A DNA stretch of 64,000 nucleotides. It comes from an uncultured bacterium (GTDB lineage: Bacteria; CSSED10-310; CAZUFC01). A model generated the notes under the pieces. The model did not search any database. It saw only the letters and a list, made by a program, of their open reading frames with translations, and was not told the origin of the DNA. A program made the translations under genes and the position numbers. The first letter of the stretch is position 1, and every line of letters begins with the position of its first letter. The stretch spans positions 1 through 64,000 of the forward strand of contig CAZUFC010000005.1 in assembly GCA_964619725.1 (NCBI GenBank), given 5' to 3'. Below are positions 27,821 through 38,510 of this stretch, one piece after another.

Positions 27821-30697
27821 TTAGTCCCAGCCGGGGAGTTCTAAGTTGAATTTATGAGGTGATGTGACGGTATTGGTTGAAGGTTCGGGAAGTTCATTTA
27901 CGGAACCAATGTGGAGAATGTTCAATTCAGCGGCGCTTTGGGGATTCAGCGCCTTCTGGAATATAGATATCAATTCGATTCTGGAAAGCGCTCTTACGGC
28001 TTCAGCGATTTTTTGATCATGATCGAAACGGCCGTTCATTTCCAGCACCTCAAATTTAAAATTATCAAACCGGGCGGCCATTGTCTGTTCTTCCTGCAGA
28101 AGCGCTTCGGAGATCGAATTTCTGAAAGGCGTAAATTCTTCATCCGTCATTGCACTCAATTCAGAAAGAATATCCTGAATACATTTGTCGCCTTTTCCGG
28201 CTAGAGTCAAGACATCATAATCAGAAGACTGAACAAGAAAATATAACCCTAAAGCTTCTCTATAGTAATCTCTTCCGCACCAGACGACATATCCCAATTG
28301 CTGGTCAGTCCTGAGTTTTTCATAGAAACGCGGATCGAAAAAACTTTCTCCGATACGCAAGGCAGCATCCAGCTCATCTTTTCTTTTGCCGAACTGAACG
28401 AGTTTCAACCAGCAATGATTGTTCGATTTGGATGTAAAATTATAGGAGAAACTTTTTCCGGATTCAATCCGGCCGATAGATGTCTGTTTAAGAATCGGTT
28501 CTGCGGGTATGGCCGACCCCAGTTTTTCATAATATTCATCCGTAATTTCCGCGATAAATTCCGGATTAACATTACCGTAAGCGATTCCCTCTATAAGGAT
28601 TTCTTCAAAGAGCGTCTCCACATATTGTTTCAGGTCGGACAATTGAATTTCCCCGATCATCCCCGTATAACGGTCTCTGTGTATAAATCCCTTATAAAGA
28701 AGGACTCGTGATTCGTAAAACGCCTGATCATAAGGTTGTTCATACTCCATATTGTCCAGGTCATCCTGCAGGCGTTTTCTGATCTGACGAAAAACGGGTT
28801 CATCAACATTGACGGTTTTTAGCTTGCGTGCCGTTTCTTTCATCAGGTAGGGCAATTTATCCGAATATCCTTCGAATTTTAATTCGATCCCTCTGTCGTT
28901 CCTTTCAATTGAGAAGTCAAGCCCGGCTAAAACGACCGGGTATTTCCATTCATTGAGGCATTCATTGATTGCTGAGGCGTATAGAATAGAAAGCGCTTTG
29001 TTTCGAGGGGATTGATTTACCTTTTCGGTCAGCAGATTGAGAGAGACCACTGCTTTAGGGATGTTCTTCATACATTTTCTATCGTTGTAGAGCCAAAAAA
29101 TCCCTCTTTTATCGTCGATGACTTTCACCGGAGCGTCTTGAGTCTGTTTTTTTATCAGTTTTAGATCGTCAGGAACGAACTGATTGACTTCAGGATATCG
29201 GAAAGCAGGATGAACAGACATTGATTCCCAGGATTTTGAAATTTCATCAGGAAAGTCCGTACTGCCGTATTCTATCCCGTAATACTTTTCTCTATGGTCA
29301 GTCCTCAGTTCAGGCCCAATTAAAAACGCCTGCAATGCTGACGGCTTGATTTTATCAAGAAATGTCCGAAATGATTCCTGGGAGTAACAGGTTATTAGAC
29401 GAACTTTTTTATCGATTTCGAGGGGAGGATGTTTGTGCATGAGTTCGGCATAGCATGCTGCCGCCTCGGCTCCTTCCGTCGGCTCCCTGTAATAATAATT
29501 CAGTTCCTCCATCGTTTTATTTTCATCGTATATATGCTTTTTGTACCCTTCTTTTTTTAAGAGATTTATATATGAAAAGAACAGCCCGATTACCTCTTCA
29601 TAATCGTTTATTCCTTTATCCGTCAACCTTATTTCCGTTTCAATAATGCCTGCGAAACTGGAAAAATAAACTCCGCAAGTAATCCCCGACGCCAAATTTT
29701 TCTCTTTCAATAGAGACAGAAGCGATCCTTCGCCTTCATGACCGATAAGAAATTCCAGTATAAAATAGGGCTTGGCATCATGATGACCCTCGGCTGAAGG
29801 CGCTTCAAAGCATAGCTTCAATGATCGTTTTTCTGTTACAGGTTTTATGCGGATCAGGCGCGGCAGTTCCGCTTCATCGAATATTTTTTCGCTGTAGAAG
29901 TATTTTCTTCGTCCGTTATCGGGAACAGGACCGAAATATTCCCTGGTCCACTTTTCCAGAGTCGCAACGTCGTAACGGCTCAATACGGTGAGTTTCATCA
30001 CGCCGGCTGAATAATGCTTTCTGAAGAAATCCGATAGGACATCCCGTGTAACGTTTTTAAGCGTATGAATGTTTCCAGTGGCGAACTTACGCGTGGGATG
30101 TCCGATGCGGTGAAAAAGATTACTCATCCGTAATTCTCGCCAGTAAGAGTCCTGAACGTTATTCTGATGTTCGGAATTGACGGCGTGCATCTCCTTGTCG
30201 ATGTATTCCTGATTGAAAGAAGGAGCTATGAAAAACTGGGCGAAGCGGTCCAGGGCTTCACGAAAAGCTGCATGTGATGCTTCAAAATGAAAATTGGTAT
30301 GTTCCTCGTCCGTATAAGCGTTAGAGTAACCCTGGTTAGCCGTCAGAAATTCCTCGAAATCGCCGATTTCCGGATACTTCTCTGTACCCAGAAAAAGCAT
30401 GTGTTCAAGAAAATGAGCCAACCCAAGATGCTCTTCCGGGTCCTCCAGACTGCCCACGTTAACGTCCATGGCCGCTGAAGATTTCTGCAGGCTGGGATCG
30501 GTTATAACTAGAACCTCCAGCCCGTTGTCCAACTTGAAGGTATGATAATTTCGGTTGTCGCCGGTGCGCGATATCGAAATATCGACGAGACTTGTTGAAG
30601 TTACTGCCGCATCTTTATGTGAAAAGATCGGCAGAGACGAAAATAACAGAAAAATAATGCCGGTCAGGATAGTGAAAAAGTATTTGGATATTTTCAT
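27821..30697 (-). CDS. Exported M16A insulinase/pitrilysin-like zinc metallopeptidase
   Basis: LDNGLEV, GLAHFLEHMLFLGTEKYP (HxxEH) and LRTDQQLGYVV; signal peptide. Confidence 0.93.
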   Translation of the reverse strand: MKISKYFFTILTGIIFLLFSSLPIFSHKDAAVTSTSLVDISISRTGDNRNYHTFKLDNGLEVLVITDPSLQKSSAAMDVNVGSLEDPEEHLGLAHFLEHMLFLGTEKYPEIGDFEEFLTANQGYSNAYTDEEHTNFHFEASHAAFREALDRFAQFFIAPSFNQEYIDKEMHAVNSEHQNNVQDSYWRELRMSNLFHRIGHPTRKFATGNIHTLKNVTRDVLSDFFRKHYSAGVMKLTVLSRYDVATLEKWTREYFGPVPDNGRRKYFYSEKIFDEAELPRLIRIKPVTEKRSLKLCFEAPSAEGHHDAKPYFILEFLIGHEGEGSLLSLLKEKNLASGITCGVYFSSFAGIIETEIRLTDKGINDYEEVIGLFFSYINLLKKEGYKKHIYDENKTMEELNYYYREPTEGAEAAACYAELMHKHPPLEIDKKVRLITCYSQESFRTFLDKIKPSALQAFLIGPELRTDHREKYYGIEYGSTDFPDEISKSWESMSVHPAFRYPEVNQFVPDDLKLIKKQTQDAPVKVIDDKRGIFWLYNDRKCMKNIPKAVVSLNLLTEKVNQSPRNKALSILYASAINECLNEWKYPVVLAGLDFSIERNDRGIELKFEGYSDKLPYLMKETARKLKTVNVDEPVFRQIRKRLQDDLDNMEYEQPYDQAFYESRVLLYKGFIHRDRYTGMIGEIQLSDLKQYVETLFEEILIEGIAYGNVNPEFIAEITDEYYEKLGSAIPAEPILKQTSIGRIESGKSFSYNFTSKSNNHCWLKLVQFGKRKDELDAALRIGESFFDPRFYEKLRTDQQLGYVVWCGRDYYREALGLYFLVQSSDYDVLTLAGKGDKCIQDILSELSAMTDEEFTPFRNSISEALLQEEQTMAARFDNFKFEVLEMNGRFDHDQKIAEAVRALSRIELISIFQKALNPQSAAELNILHIGSVNELPEPSTNTVTSPHKFNLELPGWD

Positions 30698-30809
30698 TTT
30701 GCTGCTCCCTGCTAATTACCCGGAAGCATTTTAAACCGTTAACGGTATAAAAAACAATCTTTATCCGGCAGGCGCTGACTATCGATTTGCCCGCATCTGC
30801 AATAGGGGA

Positions 30810-31430
30810 TCAGAATAATTTTTTGCTTACCAACACGGCCGACAAGCCCAGTATCAGAAGAAGCGTTCCAGCGGTTCCCGCTGCCGGAACGTCGGGAACT
30901 GGAGTGGAAGAACCTCCGGTGAAGGTAAAAGTTGCATTGCCTATGCCCCATCCAGTCAGATCGTCGGCCAGGTTGGTCAGTATCAGATCGCATTGATCGC
31001 CGTATTCGCATGATTCGCATGTTACGAGGAAAGTGAATTTAACCAGGCTTCCGGTGCAGCCGGGAGGCAGTGAGCCGGGAGCGACGAACCCTGTGGCCCG
31101 TATCTCGCCGACGGTAGGTTCATTACAACCGAACATCACCCATCCGGGGTCCAGGTTGCCTCTGTCGCAACTTACATAGTCCAGCATATCGGGACAGGCG
31201 TGCTCCAGGTAAAATCCGAAGGCATCCAGGGGGGTATCCGGATTCGAAACCATCGCAATAACTTCGATTTCCTGCCCTGTATCCCCTGAAACGTCCTCTA
31301 TCCAGATCATATCGTCGGTGATCGGCGTAGGAATCGGAGTGGACATAATGACGTCGCCGGCTTGAGAATCAGATGCTGCTGCTAAGACTATACCAATGAA
31401 TATCCAAAGAATAACGATCGTTTTTTGCAT
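30810..31430 (-). CDS. Single cohesin-like domain protein with C-terminal membrane anchor
   Basis: Signal peptide; cohesin-like pattern (SGDTGQEIEV...LDAFGF...LDYVS...GSLVKFTF); VPAAGTAG + TM + KK. Confidence 0.65.
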   Translation of the reverse strand: MQKTIVILWIFIGIVLAAASDSQAGDVIMSTPIPTPITDDMIWIEDVSGDTGQEIEVIAMVSNPDTPLDAFGFYLEHACPDMLDYVSCDRGNLDPGWVMFGCNEPTVGEIRATGFVAPGSLPPGCTGSLVKFTFLVTCESCEYGDQCDLILTNLADDLTGWGIGNATFTFTGGSSTPVPDVPAAGTAGTLLLILGLSAVLVSKKLF

Positions 31431-31858
31431 TTGTTCCTATACTCCTTTTGCAATAAAATGTTCCGTAATCCAATATAATCAGGCAAACGCGAATCGCTTC
31501 GCTTTTCTATGCACTTTTTTCCGAAAATCCCCATTCTTGCCTTGATGAAATGAAGCGAAAACTTTCACCAAAGCTCAATATAATGATTTTGAGTTTTCGA
31601 TCAAATTAATGGAGCATTTTTTTTTATGCTCCGCACCTTGCATTTCGGCCCAATGGTCGCCGAGATTTTCCTTAAATTTATGACATTTGTTGACGGGGGT
31701 TTGGGATAAGTGTAACGTAAAAAAGGATTGTCTTCTCATTTCTAGCACTAAAGATCATTCTGGCTGCTGAAAATAACCACCGAGTAATTGTAACCAAATT
31801 CTCCCGGCGAATAAAAATTACCCATGGAGATGCGCGGGGGAGGCAAAAGGGAGACGAT

Positions 31859-32065
31859 ATGAAATGCTCCATTTGCGGAGGAGAATCGAAGTCGAAATTC
31901 ATCACTTACAATAAATTATGGGGCGGACAAATATATAAATTCATACGAGTTCCGGCGGAAGTTTGCGCCAGTTGCGGAAAAATAACGTTATCTGAGGAAA
32001 CAGAAGAAAAGCTCATAGAAATAATAAAGGGAAAGCTGAAATTTGACATGGATTCGTCAGATTGA
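31859..32065 (+). CDS. YgiT-type (MqsA N-terminal-like) zinc finger protein
   Basis: MKCSICGG and VPAEVCASCG; GGGAG RBS. Confidence 0.85.
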   Translation: MKCSICGGESKSKFITYNKLWGGQIYKFIRVPAEVCASCGKITLSEETEEKLIEIIKGKLKFDMDSSD

Positions 32066-32146
32066 TTATGATTAGCATCCTGACGATCCGCTGATGATTG
32101 GGATTCAGGTTGCGTCTGAAGCGATAGGAGGCGACGACGACTATTT

Positions 32147-32710
32147 ATGGCGATAAAAAATAAAAATTTGGAGATTGATGTTGAAACGAAAACAGACGGC
32201 ACACCTGAAAGGATTCTCAAGGACACGGGCATAAACATTTACGAATGTTGGCAATGTGCCAAGTGCTCAAGCGGATGTCCCTGCGTTGAAAGCATGGACA
32301 TTCCGCCTCACCGAATCGTGCGTTTGCTGCAACTGAACCGGGTGGAACGAGTTATTGAATCCAATGCATTATGGACATGTTCAGGTTGCCGTACATGTGC
32401 GCATCGCTGCCCCAACGACATACCCATCAATCAAATCCTCGACTGGGTTTCTCAAAATTGCCGGGACAGGAAAAGAAGCATCACAAAGAAGGGTAAAAAT
32501 TCTCTATTCTTTCACCGGCTTTTTTTGCATTCAGTAAAACGAACGGGAAAACTGGATGAAGCTCAAGCGCTGGGCATTTATCAGTTGAAAACAGGATCGT
32601 GGAAAAGCAATTTTAAAATGGGTCTGCAGATGTTTTTGAAAGGCAGACTCAAGCCCTTCGTAAAGAAAATTAGAGATCGTCAAAGCATAAAATCAATTTT
32701 TAAAAAATAA
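32147..32710 (+). CDS. hdrC: Heterodisulfide reductase subunit C-like
   Basis: CWQCAKCSSGCP and WTCSGCRTCAHRCP 4Fe-4S motifs. Confidence 0.9.
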   Translation: MAIKNKNLEIDVETKTDGTPERILKDTGINIYECWQCAKCSSGCPCVESMDIPPHRIVRLLQLNRVERVIESNALWTCSGCRTCAHRCPNDIPINQILDWVSQNCRDRKRSITKKGKNSLFFHRLFLHSVKRTGKLDEAQALGIYQLKTGSWKSNFKMGLQMFLKGRLKPFVKKIRDRQSIKSIFKK

Positions 32711-32731
32711 AAAGACTCGGAAACAAAAATT

Positions 32732-33610
32732 ATGGAAATCGGATATTATCCCGGCTGTTCAATGAAATCTACCGCTTCAGACTATGACGAATCATTGCAT
32801 GAAGTGGCTCTCAGACTAGAAATAAAGTTAAATGAGATAGACGACTGGAACTGTTGCGGTTCAAGTTCTGCTCACGTCATAAATGAACTGGCGAGTCATG
32901 CATTGCCTGCAAGGGTAATGGCTTTGGCCGAAGATCAGGGCATGGACTCGGTTCTGGTTCCCTGTTCGTCCTGTTTCGTCCGTCTGGCGGAAACGGACGT
33001 TTTAATGAAAAAGGACCCTGAAAAAGCCCGGGAAATCAATAAGGCTATCAGTCCGCTCAGATATGACGGAACGATAGTCATCAAGGATATTCTGAGTTTT
33101 CTGGCGGATGATGTAGGGTACCGGCGAATTGCGAGGAGAATTGAGAAGAAATTCAAGGGTCTGAAAGTATTGCCTTATTACGGGTGCCTGGTATCCCGAT
33201 TTAAGGGTGTCGTTGAAAATAAGCCTGCAGATAACCCTCGGCAAATCGAGAAGTTGCTTAACATTATGGGGATTGAGACCGAAGATTGGGAATTCAAAAC
33301 CGACTGTTGCGGCGCGGGACTCAGCATCACAGATACTGAAACAATGATAAACGTATCACAAAAGCTGATCGTCGATGCTCTGGGGCTAAATGCACAGGCT
33401 CTCGTAACCGCGTGTCCCATGTGTCAGACCAACCTGGATTCTTTCCAGAGTAAGATAAAAAAGGCCGCAGGACTGAAACGAAGCATCCCCGTTTTTTACA
33501 TCACAGACCTACTGGGAGTGGCTTTAGGAGCGAATATGAGAAAGAGCCACTGGCGGAAACATTTTATCGACACGAAAGAAATTGTTTCAAAGGCGATTGA
33601 AGTTAAATAA
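32732..33610 (+). CDS. hdrB: Heterodisulfide reductase subunit B-like
   Basis: YYPGC, DWNCCG, CSSC, YYGC, DCCG and ACPMC (two CCG domains). Confidence 0.93.
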   Translation: MEIGYYPGCSMKSTASDYDESLHEVALRLEIKLNEIDDWNCCGSSSAHVINELASHALPARVMALAEDQGMDSVLVPCSSCFVRLAETDVLMKKDPEKAREINKAISPLRYDGTIVIKDILSFLADDVGYRRIARRIEKKFKGLKVLPYYGCLVSRFKGVVENKPADNPRQIEKLLNIMGIETEDWEFKTDCCGAGLSITDTETMINVSQKLIVDALGLNAQALVTACPMCQTNLDSFQSKIKKAAGLKRSIPVFYITDLLGVALGANMRKSHWRKHFIDTKEIVSKAIEVK

Positions 33611-33627
33611 AAAGAATAAAGCAGATT

Positions 33628-34062
33628 ATGAAAAATAAACAAATTACAGGCAAAAGAAAGTTTAAGGAAGAAAGCAGCGTAGCTCGGGAACAAAAAATCG
33701 AGGAGATCAGTAAAATCGACCCCGATGATGCAGATCGTTTGAATAAACTAATGCAGCGTTTCGAGGAAATGACGAAGGAAGGCCGTAATGCTTATGGAGA
33801 GTTGGTGACTGAAGATCAGATGAATGTAATTTTCGATAAGATATTGAATCGGGAGCTGGCCAGAGCGCACATTCTGGAAGCCGCAGGAGAGAAGCCTGTT
33901 ACTGTGAAGAAAATTGCTGAAATCACGGGATTGACGGCATCCGAAACGCTTAGTCACGTAACTGAGTTGTGCCGCCGGAATATTTTGCACAGGGTTGAAT
34001 CCGGTCATGCGACGAGCCCCATTCCCGAATATATATTTCGCAAGGAAATGAGGAAAGAATGA
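33628..34062 (+). CDS. Small protein with C-terminal winged HTH inside the hdr cluster
   Basis: PVTVKKIAEITGLTASETLSHVTELCRRNIL; 4-bp overlap with hdrA. Confidence 0.7.
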   Translation: MKNKQITGKRKFKEESSVAREQKIEEISKIDPDDADRLNKLMQRFEEMTKEGRNAYGELVTEDQMNVIFDKILNRELARAHILEAAGEKPVTVKKIAEITGLTASETLSHVTELCRRNILHRVESGHATSPIPEYIFRKEMRKE

Positions 34063-37000
34063 TGAGCGAAGGATCGACAACGGGCGCTGTTCTGGTGGTA
34101 GGTGCTGGAATAACGGGAATACAGGCGGCTCTGGATGCGGCTGATTCGGGGTACAAGGTATATCTGGTTGAAAAATCTCCTCATGTAGGCGGTCGAATGA
34201 CTCAACTTGACAAGACGTTTCCGACCAACGACTGTTCGATGTGTATAATGAGTCCTAAAGTAGTGGAATTGGACCGCAATCGTAACATAGAGATACTGAC
34301 TTTATCGGAGCTGATTAATGTAGAAGGCGAGCCGGGGAATTTCAAGGCAGCGGTGAAGGCTTCTCCCCGGCGGATCGATCCTGAAAAGTGCACGCATTGC
34401 AAGCTGTGCGAAATGGTATGTCCCGTGGAGACGCCCAGCGAATATGAGGGGGGATTGGCGCAGCGCAAAGCGATATATTCATCTTATCCTCAGGCGGTAC
34501 CGGCGGCAGTCAGCATCGACAGGCGGGAACCGCCATGCAATTATGCCTGCCCTTTGCATCTGGATGCGAGGGAATATGTTGAACTGATCCGTGCGGGTCG
34601 TTACGAGGAGGCCTGGCATGTTATAAGGAGCAAGCTGCCTTTCCCCGGAACGTTAGGACGAATCTGTCCTCATCCTTGTGAGGATGCCTGTTCGCGTAGT
34701 GAGGGAGCAGGAGAGGCCGTATCGGTTTGTGCGCTGAAACGCTTTGTCTCGGACAAGTCGGTTGAAGAAGATTGGGATTACATTCCTGAAAAGAAACAGG
34801 CTGAGGTCAGCAAGAAGATAGCCGTAATCGGTTCGGGACCGTCAGGATTGACGGCAGCGCACGATCTGGCCTGCATGGGCCATAAAGTCAAAGTGTATGA
34901 AGCTTTACCGACGCCGGGAGGAATGCTGACCGTGGGCATTCCGAAGTTCAGGCTTCCCCGGGAAGTGATCGAAAGAGAAATTAATGCAATTGAGAATTTG
35001 GGTGTAACTATACAGACGGATACGGCTTTGGGGCGCGACATTACCCTTAAGTCTCTAAAAGAGGAAGGTTATGATGCTGTTTATCTGGCTCTGGGCGCTC
35101 ACAAGCCGGTGGAATTCGCGTGTGAAGGATTTGAACTGGAAGGCGTCATGCCGGCGCTTGATTTTCTCCGAACAGCGGCTTTATCCGGTCCTCCCGAACT
35201 GGGGAAACAGGTAGCTGTCATCGGAGGAGGCGATACTGCTGTCGATGCGGCCCGAACAGCGAAACGTATGGGAAGCGACGTAACGATTTATTATCGAAGG
35301 TCCAATCGCGAGTTACGGGCTCACCCGGAAGAAATTCAAGCAGCAAGGGACGAAGGGATCAAATTCCGTTTTCTTACGGCGCCTGTGGCTTACAAAGGTA
35401 AGGACGGCAGGGTTGACCGCATGGTGATGGTTCGTATGAAACTTCTTGAAAGGGATGCCGAGGGCCGCCGACGTGTAGCAGCGGCGGAAGACACGGAATA
35501 TGAAGTTCCTGTGGATAATGTTCTAACAGCGTTAGGTCAGAAGCCTGCAATACCGGATGATGCGGATATGGGTCGATTACTCGATCCGAAAAGGCGCGAC
35601 AGAATAAAAATTAAAAACGAGGCATCATGTCAAACCGAAATACCCTGGATATTCGCTGGGGGAGACGCAGCGACGGGTCCCAGAACCGCCGTCGAAGCCA
35701 TAGCGGCGGGAAGCCGGGCAGCAGAAGCCATAAACGCTTATCTTTGCGATGAGGAAGCTTTGCCGGAATATGTTCCTGAGCTGATAATGGATGCGCCAGT
35801 TATATGCGGGGATGATTCGGATAACGGCCCTACCCGCGTTTTTCCAGTTGAAAGAAGCGGGAAGGATCGTTGCAGAGACCTGGAAGAATATATTTCCTGT
35901 TTTACTTGTGAGCAGGCGCAATCGGAGGCGGAGCGATGTTTAAGCTGCAGGCAGTGTATCGGATGCGGTCTGTGTGTTGAAGTTTGCGAAACAGACGCCA
36001 TAAGTTTCGATGATACGGCTTCTGTAAGAAAGCTTGATGTGGGTTCGATCATCCTTGCTCCCGGGCATGAGCTTTTCGATATTTCGTTGAAGCCGCAACT
36101 CGGCGGAGGACGTTTTAAAAACGTGGTTACTCACCTGCAGTTCGAACGCATGATCAGCGCTTCCGGACCTAATAATTCGTTGGTTCTTCGCCCTTCCGAC
36201 GGGGTAATTCCTGAAAAGGTAGCCTGGCTCATGTGCGTGGGATCGAGAGAAAAAGGAAGAGACTTTTGTTCGGCTGCGTGCTGCATGGCTTCAATAAAAG
36301 AAGCCGTGATAGCCAAAGAGCATATGCCGTTCATCAAGCCGACATTTTTTTATCTGGATTTCCGGGCTTTCGGAAAAGGATATGAGCGATATTATGAAAG
36401 GGCTAAAGCGGACCCCGATTTCCGGTTTAAAAGATGCATGATCTCCAGGATAGAAGAAATAAAGGAAACCGGTAATTTAAAAATAAAATATTTCGATGAA
36501 AGCGGGGAATTGCAGGAAGAAGAATTCGACATGGCGGTACTGGCTGCGGGAATGAACGTAAGCGATTCGGTTAAGCAGCTTGCTGCGAGCTTGAACGTTA
36601 AGTTGGATGAACACGGTTTTTGTTCGTGTAAGGGAATTGATAGAGTTTCGACTTCACGACCGGGGGTATACGTCTGCGGCACGTTTGAGAATCCCAAAGA
36701 CATACCTGATTCCATCATTCAGGCGGGCGCTGCAGCGGATAAGGCGACGAGTCTGTTGACCGACTCCCGATTCACGCAAACAGATGAGATGGAATTTCCG
36801 CCGGAACGTGATGTGGAATCGGAGGAGCCGCGGGTAGGCGTATTCATCTGTCGTTGCGGCTTGAACATAGCCGGAACGGTGGATACCGATGCAGTAGTGG
36901 AGTATGCAAAAACGTTGGATGGCGTGGCTTACGTTGAAGAATGCGTTTTCGCCTGTTCCCGCGATTCTCAAAAGAACATGCGCGATAAAATAGAGGAACA

Positions 37001-38510
37001 TAATCTGAATAGAATTATCGTTTCTTCATGTTCTCCCAGAACGCACGAAGCCATATTCCAGGAAAACATAAGAAAAGCGGGTTTAAATCCGTATCTCTTT
37101 CAGATGGCCAATATAAGAGATCAATGTTCCTGGGTTCACCCACACGAGCATGATGCAGCGACAAAGAAAGCCAAATTGCTGACTGCAGCAGCCGTAGCAG
37201 ACGTTAGGAAAACCCGTCCGCTGACAGAAGGCTCGCTGCCTGTGACAAAACGAGCCTTGATTATAGGCGGAGGACCTGCGGGAATGCATGCCGCTCTTGA
37301 GATGGCTGGGCAGGGATTCGATACGGTTCTGGTCGAAAAGAAGGACAGGCTGGGCGGGAATCTGGCCGGGAAAAGGGAAAACATCGAAGGGGTCGATTTG
37401 AAGGAATACCTTCAGAATATTATCGAAACAGTTATGAATAACCCGCGTATTAAAGTGATGACCGGTGCGAAAGCAGTAGGATTTTCCGGAATGAAAGGGC
37501 GATTTTCGACAATATTAAGAAATCAGGACGGCGAAGAGACTGAAGTCGAGCACGGCATCGTCATACTAGCGACCGGGGCTGTTGAACATAAGCCGAAGGA
37601 ATATAATTACGGGGAGAGTCCTCGCATTCTGACGCAGGGTGACCTGGAGCGGTCAATGGACAAAGGCGAAATAATTCCGCAACAAATCAAAGAAGTCGTC
37701 ATGATACAATGCGTAGAAGCGCGAACGCCTGAGCGTCCCTACTGCGGACGGGTGTGCTGCACTACAGCCCTGAAAAACGCACTTATACTGAAACGTCTCA
37801 ATCCCAACATGAGAATCCGCATCCTTTTCAGGGATATGCGCGCTTATGGGAAACTGGAAAAACACTACAGCCGTGCCCGTGAATCTGGAATTCTGTTCCA
37901 CCGATATGAACCGGAAAATAAGCCTGTCGTTACGGTGGGAGATGACAATTTGAGGGTTACATTCTCAGACCTTACTTTGAATGAAGGAATTACCGTCAAT
38001 CCCGATATGGTCGTTTTGAGTACGCCGATGGTTCCCGACGACAGCAGCGAAATTTCGACGCTATTCGCTCAACCCCTAACGCAGGATCAATTTTTTATGG
38101 AAGCCCATGTTAAATTGAGGCCCGTCGAATCTCCGGTGGAAGGAGTATACATCTGCGGGGCCGCTCATTTCCCCAAGCTGACGGATGAAACGGCCACGCA
38201 GGCAGCCGCAGCCGTATCTGCCGCATGCCGTGTTCTGGCTCAGGACAAGCTTAAAATCAGCGGCATTATTTCTCAGGTCGATCCGTTGAAATGCGCTGCG
38301 TGCCTTCATTGCGTCAGACATTGCCCCTATAGTGTTCCTAAAATAAATAAAGACGGAGTATCGGAAATCGAACCGGCCCTCTGCAGGGGCTGCGGTTTAT
38401 GCGCCGCCGAATGCCCCCAGAGCGCCATTCAACTGCTTCATTATACTGACGATCAGATCAACGCTCGCGTCGATGCCATGAAAGAGAGGATCACCGGTGT
38501 CGGAAACTGA
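34059..38510 (+). CDS. hdrA: Giant HdrA (HdrL-type): HdrA with inserted GltD-like NAD(P)H module and a second HdrA module
   Basis: GGRMTQLDKTFPTNDCSMC; GRICPHPCE, GSGPSG, GGGDTAVDAAR and YRR (GltD-like); CSAACC; GVFICRCG; NIRDQCSWVH; EAHVKLRPVE; terminal ferredoxin motifs. Confidence 0.93.
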   Translation: MMSEGSTTGAVLVVGAGITGIQAALDAADSGYKVYLVEKSPHVGGRMTQLDKTFPTNDCSMCIMSPKVVELDRNRNIEILTLSELINVEGEPGNFKAAVKASPRRIDPEKCTHCKLCEMVCPVETPSEYEGGLAQRKAIYSSYPQAVPAAVSIDRREPPCNYACPLHLDAREYVELIRAGRYEEAWHVIRSKLPFPGTLGRICPHPCEDACSRSEGAGEAVSVCALKRFVSDKSVEEDWDYIPEKKQAEVSKKIAVIGSGPSGLTAAHDLACMGHKVKVYEALPTPGGMLTVGIPKFRLPREVIEREINAIENLGVTIQTDTALGRDITLKSLKEEGYDAVYLALGAHKPVEFACEGFELEGVMPALDFLRTAALSGPPELGKQVAVIGGGDTAVDAARTAKRMGSDVTIYYRRSNRELRAHPEEIQAARDEGIKFRFLTAPVAYKGKDGRVDRMVMVRMKLLERDAEGRRRVAAAEDTEYEVPVDNVLTALGQKPAIPDDADMGRLLDPKRRDRIKIKNEASCQTEIPWIFAGGDAATGPRTAVEAIAAGSRAAEAINAYLCDEEALPEYVPELIMDAPVICGDDSDNGPTRVFPVERSGKDRCRDLEEYISCFTCEQAQSEAERCLSCRQCIGCGLCVEVCETDAISFDDTASVRKLDVGSIILAPGHELFDISLKPQLGGGRFKNVVTHLQFERMISASGPNNSLVLRPSDGVIPEKVAWLMCVGSREKGRDFCSAACCMASIKEAVIAKEHMPFIKPTFFYLDFRAFGKGYERYYERAKADPDFRFKRCMISRIEEIKETGNLKIKYFDESGELQEEEFDMAVLAAGMNVSDSVKQLAASLNVKLDEHGFCSCKGIDRVSTSRPGVYVCGTFENPKDIPDSIIQAGAAADKATSLLTDSRFTQTDEMEFPPERDVESEEPRVGVFICRCGLNIAGTVDTDAVVEYAKTLDGVAYVEECVFACSRDSQKNMRDKIEEHNLNRIIVSSCSPRTHEAIFQENIRKAGLNPYLFQMANIRDQCSWVHPHEHDAATKKAKLLTAAAVADVRKTRPLTEGSLPVTKRALIIGGGPAGMHAALEMAGQGFDTVLVEKKDRLGGNLAGKRENIEGVDLKEYLQNIIETVMNNPRIKVMTGAKAVGFSGMKGRFSTILRNQDGEETEVEHGIVILATGAVEHKPKEYNYGESPRILTQGDLERSMDKGEIIPQQIKEVVMIQCVEARTPERPYCGRVCCTTALKNALILKRLNPNMRIRILFRDMRAYGKLEKHYSRARESGILFHRYEPENKPVVTVGDDNLRVTFSDLTLNEGITVNPDMVVLSTPMVPDDSSEISTLFAQPLTQDQFFMEAHVKLRPVESPVEGVYICGAAHFPKLTDETATQAAAAVSAACRVLAQDKLKISGIISQVDPLKCAACLHCVRHCPYSVPKINKDGVSEIEPALCRGCGLCAAECPQSAIQLLHYTDDQINARVDAMKERITGVGN

